Shown here piece after piece: positions 16,082-25,081 of a stretch of 32,000 nucleotides of DNA; position 1 is the stretch's first letter; every line of letters starts with the position of its first letter. The notes under the pieces are model-generated. The model saw only the letters and a list, made by a program, of their open reading frames with translations. It did no database searches and was not told the DNA's origin. Origin of the DNA: Ktedonobacterales bacterium (lineage in GTDB: Bacteria > Chloroflexota > Ktedonobacteria > Ktedonobacterales > JADMIN01); the NCBI GenBank assembly GCA_030167145.1, contig CP126532.1, positions 3,480,001 through 3,512,000 on the forward strand, in the 5' to 3' direction. Both the position numbers and the translations under genes were made by a program.

Positions 16082-17077
16082 ATGAAGCTCGTTTCTTACG
16101 TTACCAATCCCACCGACGGACGCGATGCCGGGCGCGGCGGTGTGCTGCTCGGCGATCTCGTGCTCGACCTGCCCGCGCTGCTGCGCTGGCAATCGCCCGC
16201 CAGCGCCGCGCCCGAAACCATCCTCGCGCTGCTGCGGCTCGGCCCGGCGGCGATGGATGATGTGCGCGCCGCGCTCGCCGCCGCCGAAGCGGCTGGCCCC
16301 GATGCCCTGCGCGCCCAGCCCGGCCTGGCGCTGCCCAGCGCCGATGTGCATTTGCGCGCCCCCGTCCCCAATCCGCCCTCGCTGCGCGACTTCTACGTCT
16401 TCGAGCAGCATGTGAAGGCCGCTCGCGCCCGCCGTGGCGTAGGCATGATCCCCGAATGGTACGAGATTCCCGTCTTCTACTTCTCCAACACCTCCAAACT
16501 CTACGGCACGGATGAGCCGGTGCCATTCCCCCGCCACAGCCACGAAGTAGACTTCGAGTTGGAGATGGCGGCGATCATCGGGCGCGAGGGCGAAGAGATC
16601 GCCGCCGATGACGCCCCCGGCTACATCGCGGGCTACACGATTCTCAACGATTGGAGCGCCCGCGACCTCTGGCGCAAAGAGCAGCCGCTGAACATGGGTC
16701 CGGCCAAGGGCAAAGATTTCGCTAGCTCGCTCGGCCCGTGGCTCGTCACGCCCGATGAACTGGCCGACAAGCGCGTCGGCTCTGGCAAAGACGAACGCTA
16801 CGATCTGGCGATGTCTGGCAGCATCAACGGCGACAACCTCTCCAACGACAACGCGAAGACGATGTACTACACCTTCGCGCAGATGATCGAACGCGCCTCG
16901 CAGGATGTGCGGCTGCGCCCCGGCGATGTCATCGGCTCCGGCACCTGCGGCACCGGCTGCATCCTTGAGCTTGGCACGGAGCGGCATCGCTGGCTAGAGC
17001 CGGGCGACGTAGTAGAGATGAGCATCGAGCGGCTGGGCTCGCTGCGCAACACGCTCGTCGCCCAGCGGGAGGGTTAG
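16082..17077 (+). CDS. Fumarylacetoacetate hydrolase (FAH) family protein
   Basis: ORF 15989..17077 trimmed to ATG 16082 (AAGGAG upstream). C-terminal FAH-fold motifs: FYFSN...ELEMAAIIG...GYTILNDWSARD...GPAKGKDFASSLGPWLVT...GDVIGSGTCGTGC. Confidence 0.88.
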   Translation: MKLVSYVTNPTDGRDAGRGGVLLGDLVLDLPALLRWQSPASAAPETILALLRLGPAAMDDVRAALAAAEAAGPDALRAQPGLALPSADVHLRAPVPNPPSLRDFYVFEQHVKAARARRGVGMIPEWYEIPVFYFSNTSKLYGTDEPVPFPRHSHEVDFELEMAAIIGREGEEIAADDAPGYIAGYTILNDWSARDLWRKEQPLNMGPAKGKDFASSLGPWLVTPDELADKRVGSGKDERYDLAMSGSINGDNLSNDNAKTMYYTFAQMIERASQDVRLRPGDVIGSGTCGTGCILELGTERHRWLEPGDVVEMSIERLGSLRNTLVAQREG

Positions 17078-17081
17078 CCCC

Positions 17082-17576
17082 ATGCCCATGCCCACCCCAC
17101 CCAAGCCCGGCGAAGAGCCAACCAACGAAGCCGAACTCTACCGCTACCACCTGCGCCGCCTCACCACCTGGTATATCGAGGCGCTCGACCCCGCTGCCCC
17201 CGAAGCGTTCTCGTGGCCTCCGCCGATACCTGAGGGCAACTCTCTGGCGGCGATCTGCATGCACGCCATCACCTCGGCTGAGTGGTGGGTGCTGAGTTGC
17301 TGCGGTGACGGCCCCCTGGAACGCGACCGCGACGCCGAATTCGCCGCCGATGTCTCGTGGGCCGACCTGCGCCCGCGTTTCCAGGCGTTCCTGGGCGCAG
17401 TCGAAGCCCTGTTGGACGGCAAAACCTCCGAGGAGCTTGCCGCGATCAGCCGTCACCCGGCGGGCGACCGCATGGTGCGCCGCTGCCTGACGCACACCGT
17501 CGAGCATCTCGGCCTGCACCTCGGCCACATCGAAATTACGCTGGACTGGTGGAAATACGCCACCGCCAGCGCATAA
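17082..17576 (+). CDS. DinB-family (four-helix-bundle metal-binding) protein
   Basis: His triad pattern typical of the DinB superfamily: ICMHAITSAEWW...CLTHTVEHLGLHLGHIEI. GGGAGGG RBS; starts 4 nt after the FAH stop. Confidence 0.75.
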   Translation: MPMPTPPKPGEEPTNEAELYRYHLRRLTTWYIEALDPAAPEAFSWPPPIPEGNSLAAICMHAITSAEWWVLSCCGDGPLERDRDAEFAADVSWADLRPRFQAFLGAVEALLDGKTSEELAAISRHPAGDRMVRRCLTHTVEHLGLHLGHIEITLDWWKYATASA

Positions 17577-17652
17577 GCGATTCTCCCGATTGCTTTCTCA
17601 CCGCGTCTCCGATTATGCTGGTGACGACAGGTGAAGCTTCGGAGGGGTACTT

Positions 17653-18078
17653 ATGAAGCGTGCGCTGCTCGTCGTCTCGATCTGCACGTTGCTTGCCCTT
17701 GGTGTGGCCGTCGTTGGTCGTGCGCTCGTCGTGACGCAAGGCGTGACCTACACCCCCAGTGGCCAGCCCGCCGATCCGACGCCGCTAGCTATCACCGCTA
17801 CCCTCATGGAGGGCATTGGCAGCGTTCTCGCTGCGCTGCTCTGCCTGGCGACCTTCGTGTTGGGGGTAGCCACGGCGGCAGCGCGCAAGCGTTCTGGGTG
17901 GGTGGCGGCGTTCGTCGTTGCGGGGCTGCTGGCGCTGGTGGGCTTCGTGGGCATGGCGTGGGTGCTGCTAAGCGTGAATAGCCCCGTCGCCTGGGGGACG
18001 CCGCTGGCGCTGGTCCCGCTCGTCGCCTTGCTCTACGCGCTGCGGCCAGACCCCGCGCCGGCGACAGCGGCAAGATAA
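17653..18078 (+). CDS. Hypothetical membrane protein (141 aa, about 4 TM)
   Basis: GGAGGGG RBS and hydrophobic segments (LLVVSICTLLALGVAVVG, IGSVLAALLCLATFVLGVA, WVAAFVVAGLLALVGFVGMAWVLL, LALVPLVALLYAL). Confidence 0.65.
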   Translation: MKRALLVVSICTLLALGVAVVGRALVVTQGVTYTPSGQPADPTPLAITATLMEGIGSVLAALLCLATFVLGVATAAARKRSGWVAAFVVAGLLALVGFVGMAWVLLSVNSPVAWGTPLALVPLVALLYALRPDPAPATAAR

Positions 18079-18458
18079 GGGATACTGGCGCGGACGTGGT
18101 CCGCAGTGCTGCAACTCTTACATATCCAAGTGCGAGCCAGAGTGCCCTGCCAGGCATCAGACCCATACATATGCTCAGCGCAATCATTATCCGATGTAGC
18201 TTCTGTTAAACAATATAAGAGTATTGGGCGGCCAGAGGATGATTCCGGCCCGCAGGGTGGCACATGACGTGCGGCACTCCGCCGACGTGGGGTTACGTCG
18301 GATCGATATCCCAGACTGGTTCCGTGCTGTGCAGGACGCCCTCGGCGTCGCCCGGTATATCGTACATCTCGCGTGCATCTCGGCCCTGGCACAGGCACAC
18401 ACCAAGGACGTGCCGCCCGGACGCCAAGCCGTATCAACACGGCAGTAAGGAGACTTTC

Positions 18459-19790
18459 ATGACTCAACCTACGCCGATTCAACCCGCCCCGACCCCACCA
18501 CCTGGCATGACCTCGCCCGACGTTCGCCCATTTAGTTACACTGCTTCGGATGACGCGCTCGCAAACCTGCGCCAGCGCCTCGTCGCCTCCCGCTTGCCCG
18601 ACAAGGAACTCGTCGCAGATGCGTCACAGGGTGTGCAACTCGCGACGCTGCATGCGCTCACGCGCTACTGGGGAACCGAGTACGATTGGCGCAAGATAGA
18701 GGCGCGACTGAACGCCTTGCCGCAGTTCAAGACCGAGATCGATGGGGTGGACATCCACTTCATCCACGTTCGCTCGAAACATGACGGTGCGTTGCCGCTG
18801 ATCATCACCCACGGGTGGCCCGGTTCAGTGATCGAGATGCTGGAGGTGATCGGCCCGCTCACCGACCCGACCGCGCACGGAGGCAGCGCCGAGGACGCAT
18901 TCCATCTCGTCATCCCGTCGCTGCCGGGCTACGGCTTCTCGGACGCGCCGAAGGAAGTCGGTTGGGATCCCAGCCACGTCGCAAGCGCATGGGCCGAGTT
19001 GATACGCCGCCTCGGCTACACCCGCTACGTCGCACAAGGCGGTGACCAAGGCGCTGGCGTCACCGACGCGATGGCGCGTCAGTCGCCGAACGGGCTGCTC
19101 GGCGTTCACTTTAATTTCCTCAGCTCTTTCCCGACTGAGGTGCTCGCGGCGATCTTCGGCGGCGAGTTCGCGCAGGGGCTATTCAAACGGGTCGCGGTCG
19201 CCGTTGTCGCGTCCCGGGCCGAGAAGGAACACGCGGCGTTGGCTGCGGTCGAGGCCCTCTTCATGCGAGGCTACCTCGCTGAGATGAACACGCGGCCGCA
19301 GACGATTGGCTCCACCTTGACGGATTCGCCCGTCGGGCAGGCGTCCTGGATGCTCGATCACGATACCGACAGCTACGAAAAGATCTCCCGTGCTTTTCTT
19401 AAGGGGCAGCCTTCGGGCGGCCTCACCCGGGATCACATCCTCGACAATATGTCGCTCTACTGGCTCACCAACACGGCCACCTCAGCCGCGCGGCTCTACT
19501 GGGAGAACGCGCAAAGCATCGCCGCCGCCATTGCGTCGGGCAAGAAGGCTCCTGAGGCCTCAGTCCCGGTGGCCTTCACGGTGTTCCCCGGCGAGATCTT
19601 CCAGGCGCCGCGCAGTTGGGTCGAGAAGGTCTACCCCCACCTTACCTATTTCCACGAGGCGGACAAGGGTGGTCACTTCGCCGCCTGGGAAGAGCCACAG
19701 CTCTTCAGTGAAGAACTCCGCGCGGCGTTCCGCTCGCTGCGCCAATCAGGGCAGGGCAAAGTGGGCAACGAGCAGCGCATGCACTCGTAG
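18459..19790 (+). CDS. Epoxide hydrolase, microsomal-EH type (EHN N-terminal domain + alpha/beta hydrolase), paralog 1
   Basis: ORF 18264..19790 trimmed to ATG 18459 (AAGGAG upstream). DVRPFSYTASDDALANLRQRL, DIHFIHVRS, oxyanion HGWPGS, nucleophile segment AQGGDQGAGV, C-terminal GGHFAAWEEP. Confidence 0.9.
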   Translation: MTQPTPIQPAPTPPPGMTSPDVRPFSYTASDDALANLRQRLVASRLPDKELVADASQGVQLATLHALTRYWGTEYDWRKIEARLNALPQFKTEIDGVDIHFIHVRSKHDGALPLIITHGWPGSVIEMLEVIGPLTDPTAHGGSAEDAFHLVIPSLPGYGFSDAPKEVGWDPSHVASAWAELIRRLGYTRYVAQGGDQGAGVTDAMARQSPNGLLGVHFNFLSSFPTEVLAAIFGGEFAQGLFKRVAVAVVASRAEKEHAALAAVEALFMRGYLAEMNTRPQTIGSTLTDSPVGQASWMLDHDTDSYEKISRAFLKGQPSGGLTRDHILDNMSLYWLTNTATSAARLYWENAQSIAAAIASGKKAPEASVPVAFTVFPGEIFQAPRSWVEKVYPHLTYFHEADKGGHFAAWEEPQLFSEELRAAFRSLRQSGQGKVGNEQRMHS

Positions 19791-19844
19791 TCTCACGCTG
19801 ACAGGTGTGGCCAACGTCTCGCAACACGAAGCAAAGGAACTGTT

Positions 19845-21092
19845 ATGACACAACCGGGCATGACTCCAGAACCCAGCATGACCCCGCCACCATCCGTCAT
19901 GCAACCCAGCATGACCCACCCCAACGTTCGCCCGTTCAGTTTCACTGCGGCGGATCAGGCGCTCGCCGACCTGCGCCGCCGCGTGACGGCAACCATCTGG
20001 CCCGACAAGGAACTCGTCGCAGATGCGTCGCAGGGCGTGCAGTTCGCGACGGTCCAGCAACTCGCACGGTATTGGGCGACCGAGTATGATTGGCGCAAGG
20101 CCGAGGCGCGGCTGAACGCTTTCCCGCAGTTCATCACCGAGATTGATGGGCTTGACATTCACTTCATCCACGTGCGCTCCCAGGAGCCTAATGCCTTGCC
20201 GCTGATCGTGACGCACGGCTGGCCCGGCTCAGTGATCGAACAGTTGAAGATCGTCGAACCGCTGACCAACCCTACGGCGCACGGCGGACGCGCAGCGGAC
20301 GCTTTCGATCTCGTGATTCCCTCGCTGCCAGGCCACGGCTTCTCGGGCAAGCCGACCACGACCGGGTGGGATCCCATTCGCATCGCACGCGCCTGGATCG
20401 CGCTGATGCAGCGCCTCGGCTACACGCGCTATGTAGCGCAGGGCGGCGATTGGGGGAATGCGGTCACGGAGCAGATGGCATTGCTGGCGCCGCCAGGATT
20501 GGTTGGCATCCACACCAACATGCCCGCCACTATCCCGGAGGCCATTGCCAAGGCGCTCGCCTCCGGCGGTCCGGCGCCAGCGGGCCTTTCGGCCGATGAG
20601 CAGTACGCATGGGATCAGCTCGACTACTTCTATAAGCACGGCTTGGGATATGCCAACGAGATGGCAAACCGCCCGCAGACGCTGTACGCGCTGGCGGATT
20701 CCCCGGTCGGCCTGGCCGCCTGGATGCTCGACCACGACATCGCCAGCTATCGGCTCATCACACGCGTCTTTGCCGGGCAGGCCGAGGGCCTGACGCGCGA
20801 CGACATCCTCGACAACGTCACCCTCTACTGGCTCACGAACACGGCGGTCTCTTCGGCCCGCCTCTATTGGGAAAGTCACCTCGCCTTTTTCGCACCGAAA
20901 GGCGTCTCCATCCCAACCGCCGTGAGCGTCTTTCCCGATGAGATCTATGCCGCCCCGCGCAGTTGGACAGAAAAAGCCTATCCCAAGCTGATCCATTACA
21001 ACCGGCTCTCCAAGGGCGGGCATTTCGCGGCGTGGGAGCAGCCACAAGCCTTCTCGGAAGAAATCCGCGCAGGCTTCCGCTCCCTGCGCTAG
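19845..21092 (+). CDS. Epoxide hydrolase, microsomal-EH type, paralog 2
   Basis: ATG 19845 (AAGGAA upstream). NVRPFSFTAADQALADLRRRV, HGWPGS, AQGGDWGNAV (canonical GGDWG), GGHFAAWEQP. Confidence 0.9.
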   Translation: MTQPGMTPEPSMTPPPSVMQPSMTHPNVRPFSFTAADQALADLRRRVTATIWPDKELVADASQGVQFATVQQLARYWATEYDWRKAEARLNAFPQFITEIDGLDIHFIHVRSQEPNALPLIVTHGWPGSVIEQLKIVEPLTNPTAHGGRAADAFDLVIPSLPGHGFSGKPTTTGWDPIRIARAWIALMQRLGYTRYVAQGGDWGNAVTEQMALLAPPGLVGIHTNMPATIPEAIAKALASGGPAPAGLSADEQYAWDQLDYFYKHGLGYANEMANRPQTLYALADSPVGLAAWMLDHDIASYRLITRVFAGQAEGLTRDDILDNVTLYWLTNTAVSSARLYWESHLAFFAPKGVSIPTAVSVFPDEIYAAPRSWTEKAYPKLIHYNRLSKGGHFAAWEQPQAFSEEIRAGFRSLR

Positions 21093-21103
21093 CCTGGAGC
21101 GCC

Positions 21104-21141
21104 GTGGGGACGGCGGACACAGGCTGTGCTCGTCGTCCCAC
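21104..21141 (+). terminator. Imperfect long GC hairpin just after epoxide hydrolase 2 (putative terminator or degenerate REP-like unit)
   Basis: GTGGGGACGGCGGACACAG-G-CTGTGCTCGTCGTCCCAC; arms are complementary except for one bulge and three mismatches. Starts 12 nt after stop 21092. No U-tract. The left arm contains GGCGGACA, shared with the REP-like units. Confidence 0.3.
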
Positions 21142-21210
21142 ACCTTGAGCGCGCCGCCGGCTACCTAGTGTCATACCAGCATTGAGCAAGGAGACCAGAA
21201 GGAGATCACC

Positions 21211-22461
21211 ATGACGCAACCCGGCATGACCCCAGAACCCAGCATGACCCCACCTCCCGGCGTGCAAGGGCAAGCCGCTATGACCCATCCCGACGTCCGC
21301 CCCTTCAGCTTCACCGCTTCGGATGAGGCGCTGGCCGACCTGCGCCGCCGTGTGGCGGCGACCATCTGGCCCGAAAAGGAGACGGTCGCCGATCAGTCAC
21401 AAGGTGTGCCGCTGGCGATGATCCGGGAGCTCGCGCGCTACTGGGCGACCGATTATGACTGGCGCAAGGTGGAGGCTCAACTGCACGCGCTGTCGCAGTT
21501 CAAGACCGAGATTGACGGGCTCGACATCCACTTCATCCACGCCCGCTCGCAGCATGATGGCGCATTGCCGCTGATCGTGAACCACGGCTGGCCTGGCTCG
21601 GTGATCGAGTTGCTTGAGGTCGTCGGTCCGCTCACCGATCCGACCGCACATGGCGGACGCGCCGCAGACGCGTTCGACCTCGTGCTGCCGTCTATCCCCG
21701 GCTATGGTTTCTCGGGCGAGCCGACCGAGCTCGGCTGGAATGTTGGTCGCGTCGCAAGCGCGTGGGCTGAGCTGATGCGGCGCCTCGGCTACACCCGCTA
21801 CGTTGCCCAGGGCGGCGATGTGGGTGCCGCCGTCACCGACGCGCTGGGACGCCAGGCGCCCGAGGGTCTGCTCGGTATCCATACCAACTTGCTCGTGCCG
21901 GTGCTGCGCGGTGGCCAGACTGCGGACTCCAAGGAAGAACGCGCGGCGCTTGCCGCGCTCGACACCTTCAGAACAAGCGGCAACGGCTATCTGATTGAGC
22001 AGAACACGCGGCCGCAGACGATTGGCTACGCCCTGCTGGATTCACCGGTCGCTTTAGCTGCCTGGCTGCTCGACCACGACACGGACAGCTACTACAAGAT
22101 CTCCCACGCCTTTGTCGACGGGCAGCCCACGGGCGGTCTCACCCGGGACCACATCCTCGACAACATCACACTGTACTGGCTGACGGGCACTGGGGCATCA
22201 GCGGCCCGGTCATACTGGGAGAACACCCGCGCCGCGGCGCTTGCGGCTGCGGCTGGTCAGCCCCCTCGGCAGGTCTCGCTTCCGGTCGGCTTCACCACGT
22301 TCCCCGACGAGCTCTTTCAGGCCCCGCGTAGCTGGGTCGAGAAGGCCTACCCCACCCTCACCTACTTCAACGAGGTAGATAGGGGCGGGCACTTCGCAGC
22401 GTGGGAGCAGCCGGAACTCTTCTCTACCGAGATGCGTGCGGCATTCCGGTCGCTGCGCTAG
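21211..22461 (+). CDS. Epoxide hydrolase, microsomal-EH type, paralog 3
   Basis: ATG 21211 (AAGGAG upstream). DVRPFSFTASDEALADLRRRV, NHGWPGS, AQGGDVGAAV, GGHFAAWEQP. Confidence 0.9.
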   Translation: MTQPGMTPEPSMTPPPGVQGQAAMTHPDVRPFSFTASDEALADLRRRVAATIWPEKETVADQSQGVPLAMIRELARYWATDYDWRKVEAQLHALSQFKTEIDGLDIHFIHARSQHDGALPLIVNHGWPGSVIELLEVVGPLTDPTAHGGRAADAFDLVLPSIPGYGFSGEPTELGWNVGRVASAWAELMRRLGYTRYVAQGGDVGAAVTDALGRQAPEGLLGIHTNLLVPVLRGGQTADSKEERAALAALDTFRTSGNGYLIEQNTRPQTIGYALLDSPVALAAWLLDHDTDSYYKISHAFVDGQPTGGLTRDHILDNITLYWLTGTGASAARSYWENTRAAALAAAAGQPPRQVSLPVGFTTFPDELFQAPRSWVEKAYPTLTYFNEVDRGGHFAAWEQPELFSTEMRAAFRSLR

Positions 22462-22473
22462 GCGGAGCAATAG

Positions 22474-22502
22474 GACGGCGCGCACACTGTGCGCGCCGTC
22501 TT
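22474..22502 (+). terminator. Strong GC hairpin terminator candidate after the epoxide hydrolase array
   Basis: GACGGCGCGCAC-ACT-GTGCGCGCCGTC (12-bp perfect stem, 3-nt loop) at 22474-22500, followed by TT; begins 13 nt after stop 22461. Confidence 0.6.
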
Positions 22503-22560
22503 CCTACGCCACACGCAGAAACGCGGAAACATCTATCCCAATCCAACAGGAGTAAGACCT

Positions 22561-23694
22561 ATGTCCGAAGACATCAACCATGATCCCCGCCGATTTACCA
22601 TTCCCGCTGGCGACTCCGGCATGTTCGGTTCTGCCGATGCGCCGCCAAGCACGGCGAAACCAGCAGATCTGCCTCCGACTACGGGCAAACGCATGGCGCA
22701 AGAGATGACGCCCGCAGCGATTCCATTACCGAGCGAAGGGCATCTACCATCGCTCGACGGCGCGACCGCGTGGCTCAATTCGCCACCCCTGACGAGCGAC
22801 GGGTTGCGTGGCAACGTCGTGGCCATCGACTTCTGGACCTATACCTGCATCAACTGGTTGCGCACGCTCTCCTACATCCGCGCCTGGGCTGAGAATTACC
22901 AGGATCAGGGATTGATAATAGTCGGCGTCCACACACCGGAGTTCCCCTTCGAGCACGACATCGAGAACGTCCGTAGAGCGGTACAGGACAGGCAGGTCAC
23001 GTATCCGGTCGCCATCGACAATGCGTATGCGGTCTGGGATGCGTTCACCAACCACTACTGGCCAGCGCTCTATCTCGTCGATGCCCAGGGACGCATTCGC
23101 CACCACCAATTCGGCGAGGGTGACTACGAAGAAGCCGAGCAGATCATTCAGCAATTGTTGGCCGAGGCAGGAGACAAGCGCGTCGGACAGAATCTGGTCA
23201 CCGTCGCCGCCCGAGGGGCGGAAGTCGCCGCCGATTGGGAGCATCTGGAGTCGGGGGAGACCTACGTGGGCTATGAGCGCGCCGAGCGCTTTGCCTCTCC
23301 CGGTGGCGCTGTCCTGGATGAACGTCGCGTCTATGCAGTTCCCGCGCGCCTGAGTCGCAATGAGTGGGCGCTGTCGGGAGAGTGGACGGTGCAGCGAGGG
23401 TTTGCTGCGCTGAACGCGGCCAACGGGCAGATTGTGTATCGCTTTCATGCTCGCGATCTGCATCTCGTCATGGGATCCGCAGTACGAGGCGCGACCGTGC
23501 GCTTTCGCGTCCTCATTGATGGGCAGGCGCCGGGCGCGGCGCACGGCAGTGATGTGGACGAACAAGGCTTTGGCACGGCCGACTACCCGCGGCTCTATCA
23601 GCTCATCCGCCAACTGGCGCCTATTGTGGATCGCCAGTTCGAGATCGAGTTTCTCGACGCGGGCGTGGAGGCGTTTGCGTTTACGTTCGGCTGA
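22561..23694 (+). CDS. Redoxin/thioredoxin-fold protein, DipZ C-terminal-like, with variant C-x-x-W active-site motif
   Basis: ORF 22489..23694 trimmed to ATG 22561 (CAGGAG upstream). VVAIDFWTYTCINWLRTLSYI...IIVGVHTPEFPFEHD...YPVAIDN...WPALYLVD matches the AhpC/TSA-redoxin fold seen in DipZ-like proteins. A C-terminal beta-rich domain (LHLVMG...RVLIDG) follows. Confidence 0.8.
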   Translation: MSEDINHDPRRFTIPAGDSGMFGSADAPPSTAKPADLPPTTGKRMAQEMTPAAIPLPSEGHLPSLDGATAWLNSPPLTSDGLRGNVVAIDFWTYTCINWLRTLSYIRAWAENYQDQGLIIVGVHTPEFPFEHDIENVRRAVQDRQVTYPVAIDNAYAVWDAFTNHYWPALYLVDAQGRIRHHQFGEGDYEEAEQIIQQLLAEAGDKRVGQNLVTVAARGAEVAADWEHLESGETYVGYERAERFASPGGAVLDERRVYAVPARLSRNEWALSGEWTVQRGFAALNAANGQIVYRFHARDLHLVMGSAVRGATVRFRVLIDGQAPGAAHGSDVDEQGFGTADYPRLYQLIRQLAPIVDRQFEIEFLDAGVEAFAFTFG

Positions 23695-23711
23695 TACGCG
23701 TCAGAGGCGAT

Positions 23712-25070
23712 TCACCCACCAACCAGCTCCGCCACTGCCTCGCGGAACACCGCCGTATGTCGGTCTACATCCGCCTCCGTCGTCGCGGGCGACATCAGCG
23801 CCATCATGTGGAACGGCGTCATCAGCACCCCGCGATTCAGCATATACAGATGCATGAACGCATCCAGGTCGCGGTCCATCGCCGCGCCCGCCTCCGCGCC
23901 GTTGCGTGGGCGCTCGCGCACGAAGAGATATTCCGCGCGGCAGCCGACCCGCACCACATGCCACGGCACATCATACGCCGCAATCGTCTCCGCGACCCCC
24001 TGCTCGAAGCGCTCGCCCAGCGCGATCATCCGCGCGAACGCCGCATCGGTCAGCACCTCTGCCAGCGTCGCCCGCATCGCCGCCAGCGACAGTGGATTCG
24101 CCGCCAGCGTGCCGCCGATGCCGCCCACGTCCGCCACGTCCCACAGCGTATGCTCCAGCACACGCGCCGCCACCGCCTTCGACATGCCATATGCGCCGCA
24201 GGGCACGCCGCCGCCAATCGCCTTGCCGATGGTCAGCAGATCCGGATCCAGGCCGTGCGCGCCGGTATAGCCGCCCGGACCCGCGCAGAGCGTATGTGTC
24301 TCGTCAATAATCAGCAGCGTACCGTAGCGCCGGGTCAATTCGCGCAGCGCCGCATGATAGCCGTCGTCGGGCAGCACGATGCCCACGTTCGTCATCACCG
24401 GCTCCGCCAGCACGCAGGCCACATCGCCTGCCGCCAGCGCCCGCTCCAGCGCCGCCACGTCGTTCCACTGCACGACCCGCGTCGTCAGCGCCGGATTCAC
24501 CCCTGGCCCAATGTTGCCGTGGCTTGGCCCCACCGTGCCATCCGGGCCAAGTGTCGCGAACGTCTCATCCACGCTGCCGTGGTAGCAGTGGTCATAGACC
24601 AGCACCTTCGTGCGCCCCGTAATCTCACGGCAGAGGCGAATGGCGAAGCGGTTGGCGTCCGTCGCCGAGAGCGTGAACTGCCAGTAGGCCAGCCCGAAGC
24701 GGCGGCGCAATTCGTCGCCCACCCACACGGCGTCCGCGCTGGGCAGCATCGTCGTCAGCCCGCGCCGCACCTGCCGCGCGATGGCCTTCAGCGTCGGCGC
24801 GGGCGCATGCCCTGCCATCGCGCCAGTGTCGCCCAGGCATAGATCCACATACTCGATGCCGTCTACATCGGTCAGCCGCGCGCCGCTCGCCTTCGCCACG
24901 AAGACCGGAAAGTCGCCGGGCCAGCGTGTCATCCAGTTCATCGGCACGCCGGAGAGCAGCGAATGCCCCGCCTGCTGGTGCAGCTTGCGCGAGCGCGGAT
25001 GCTCCTTCGTGAAGCGTTCGCGTTCGCGCGCCATCAGCGTCGCCAGCCGTGTCTGTTCCAGCGTCTTCAT
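23712..25070 (-). CDS. Class III PLP-dependent aminotransferase (glutamate-1-semialdehyde aminomutase-like)
   Basis: ORF 23712..25121 trimmed to ATG 25070 (GAGGAGAG upstream). LIIDETHT, LLTIGKAIGGGVPCGAYG (PLP lysine context), GTLAANPL. Confidence 0.85.
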   Translation of the reverse strand: MKTLEQTRLATLMARERERFTKEHPRSRKLHQQAGHSLLSGVPMNWMTRWPGDFPVFVAKASGARLTDVDGIEYVDLCLGDTGAMAGHAPAPTLKAIARQVRRGLTTMLPSADAVWVGDELRRRFGLAYWQFTLSATDANRFAIRLCREITGRTKVLVYDHCYHGSVDETFATLGPDGTVGPSHGNIGPGVNPALTTRVVQWNDVAALERALAAGDVACVLAEPVMTNVGIVLPDDGYHAALRELTRRYGTLLIIDETHTLCAGPGGYTGAHGLDPDLLTIGKAIGGGVPCGAYGMSKAVAARVLEHTLWDVADVGGIGGTLAANPLSLAAMRATLAEVLTDAAFARMIALGERFEQGVAETIAAYDVPWHVVRVGCRAEYLFVRERPRNGAEAGAAMDRDLDAFMHLYMLNRGVLMTPFHMMALMSPATTEADVDRHTAVFREAVAELVGG

Positions 25071-25081
25071 ACCGCTCTCCT

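Noticed and set aside
15992-16987. 331-aa minus-strand ORF, plus similar long antisense ORFs at 13738-14403, 20229-21143, 22744-23613, 23757-24842, 25834-26664, 26348-27250, 27857-28540 and 30760-31752
   Set aside because: Each lies opposite a CDS with recognisable domains (FAH, DppA, epoxide hydrolase, redoxin, aminotransferase, SDRs, LysE, DUF5666-like, Lrp/CysK). Each has the Arg/Ala/Gly/Pro/His bias of off-frame translation in high-GC DNA.
22561-22640. Twin-arginine signal peptide in the redoxin (HDPRRFTIPAG)
   Set aside because: The RR is not followed by a hydrophobic h-region or an AxA cleavage site, and the next 60 residues are polar and Pro-rich.
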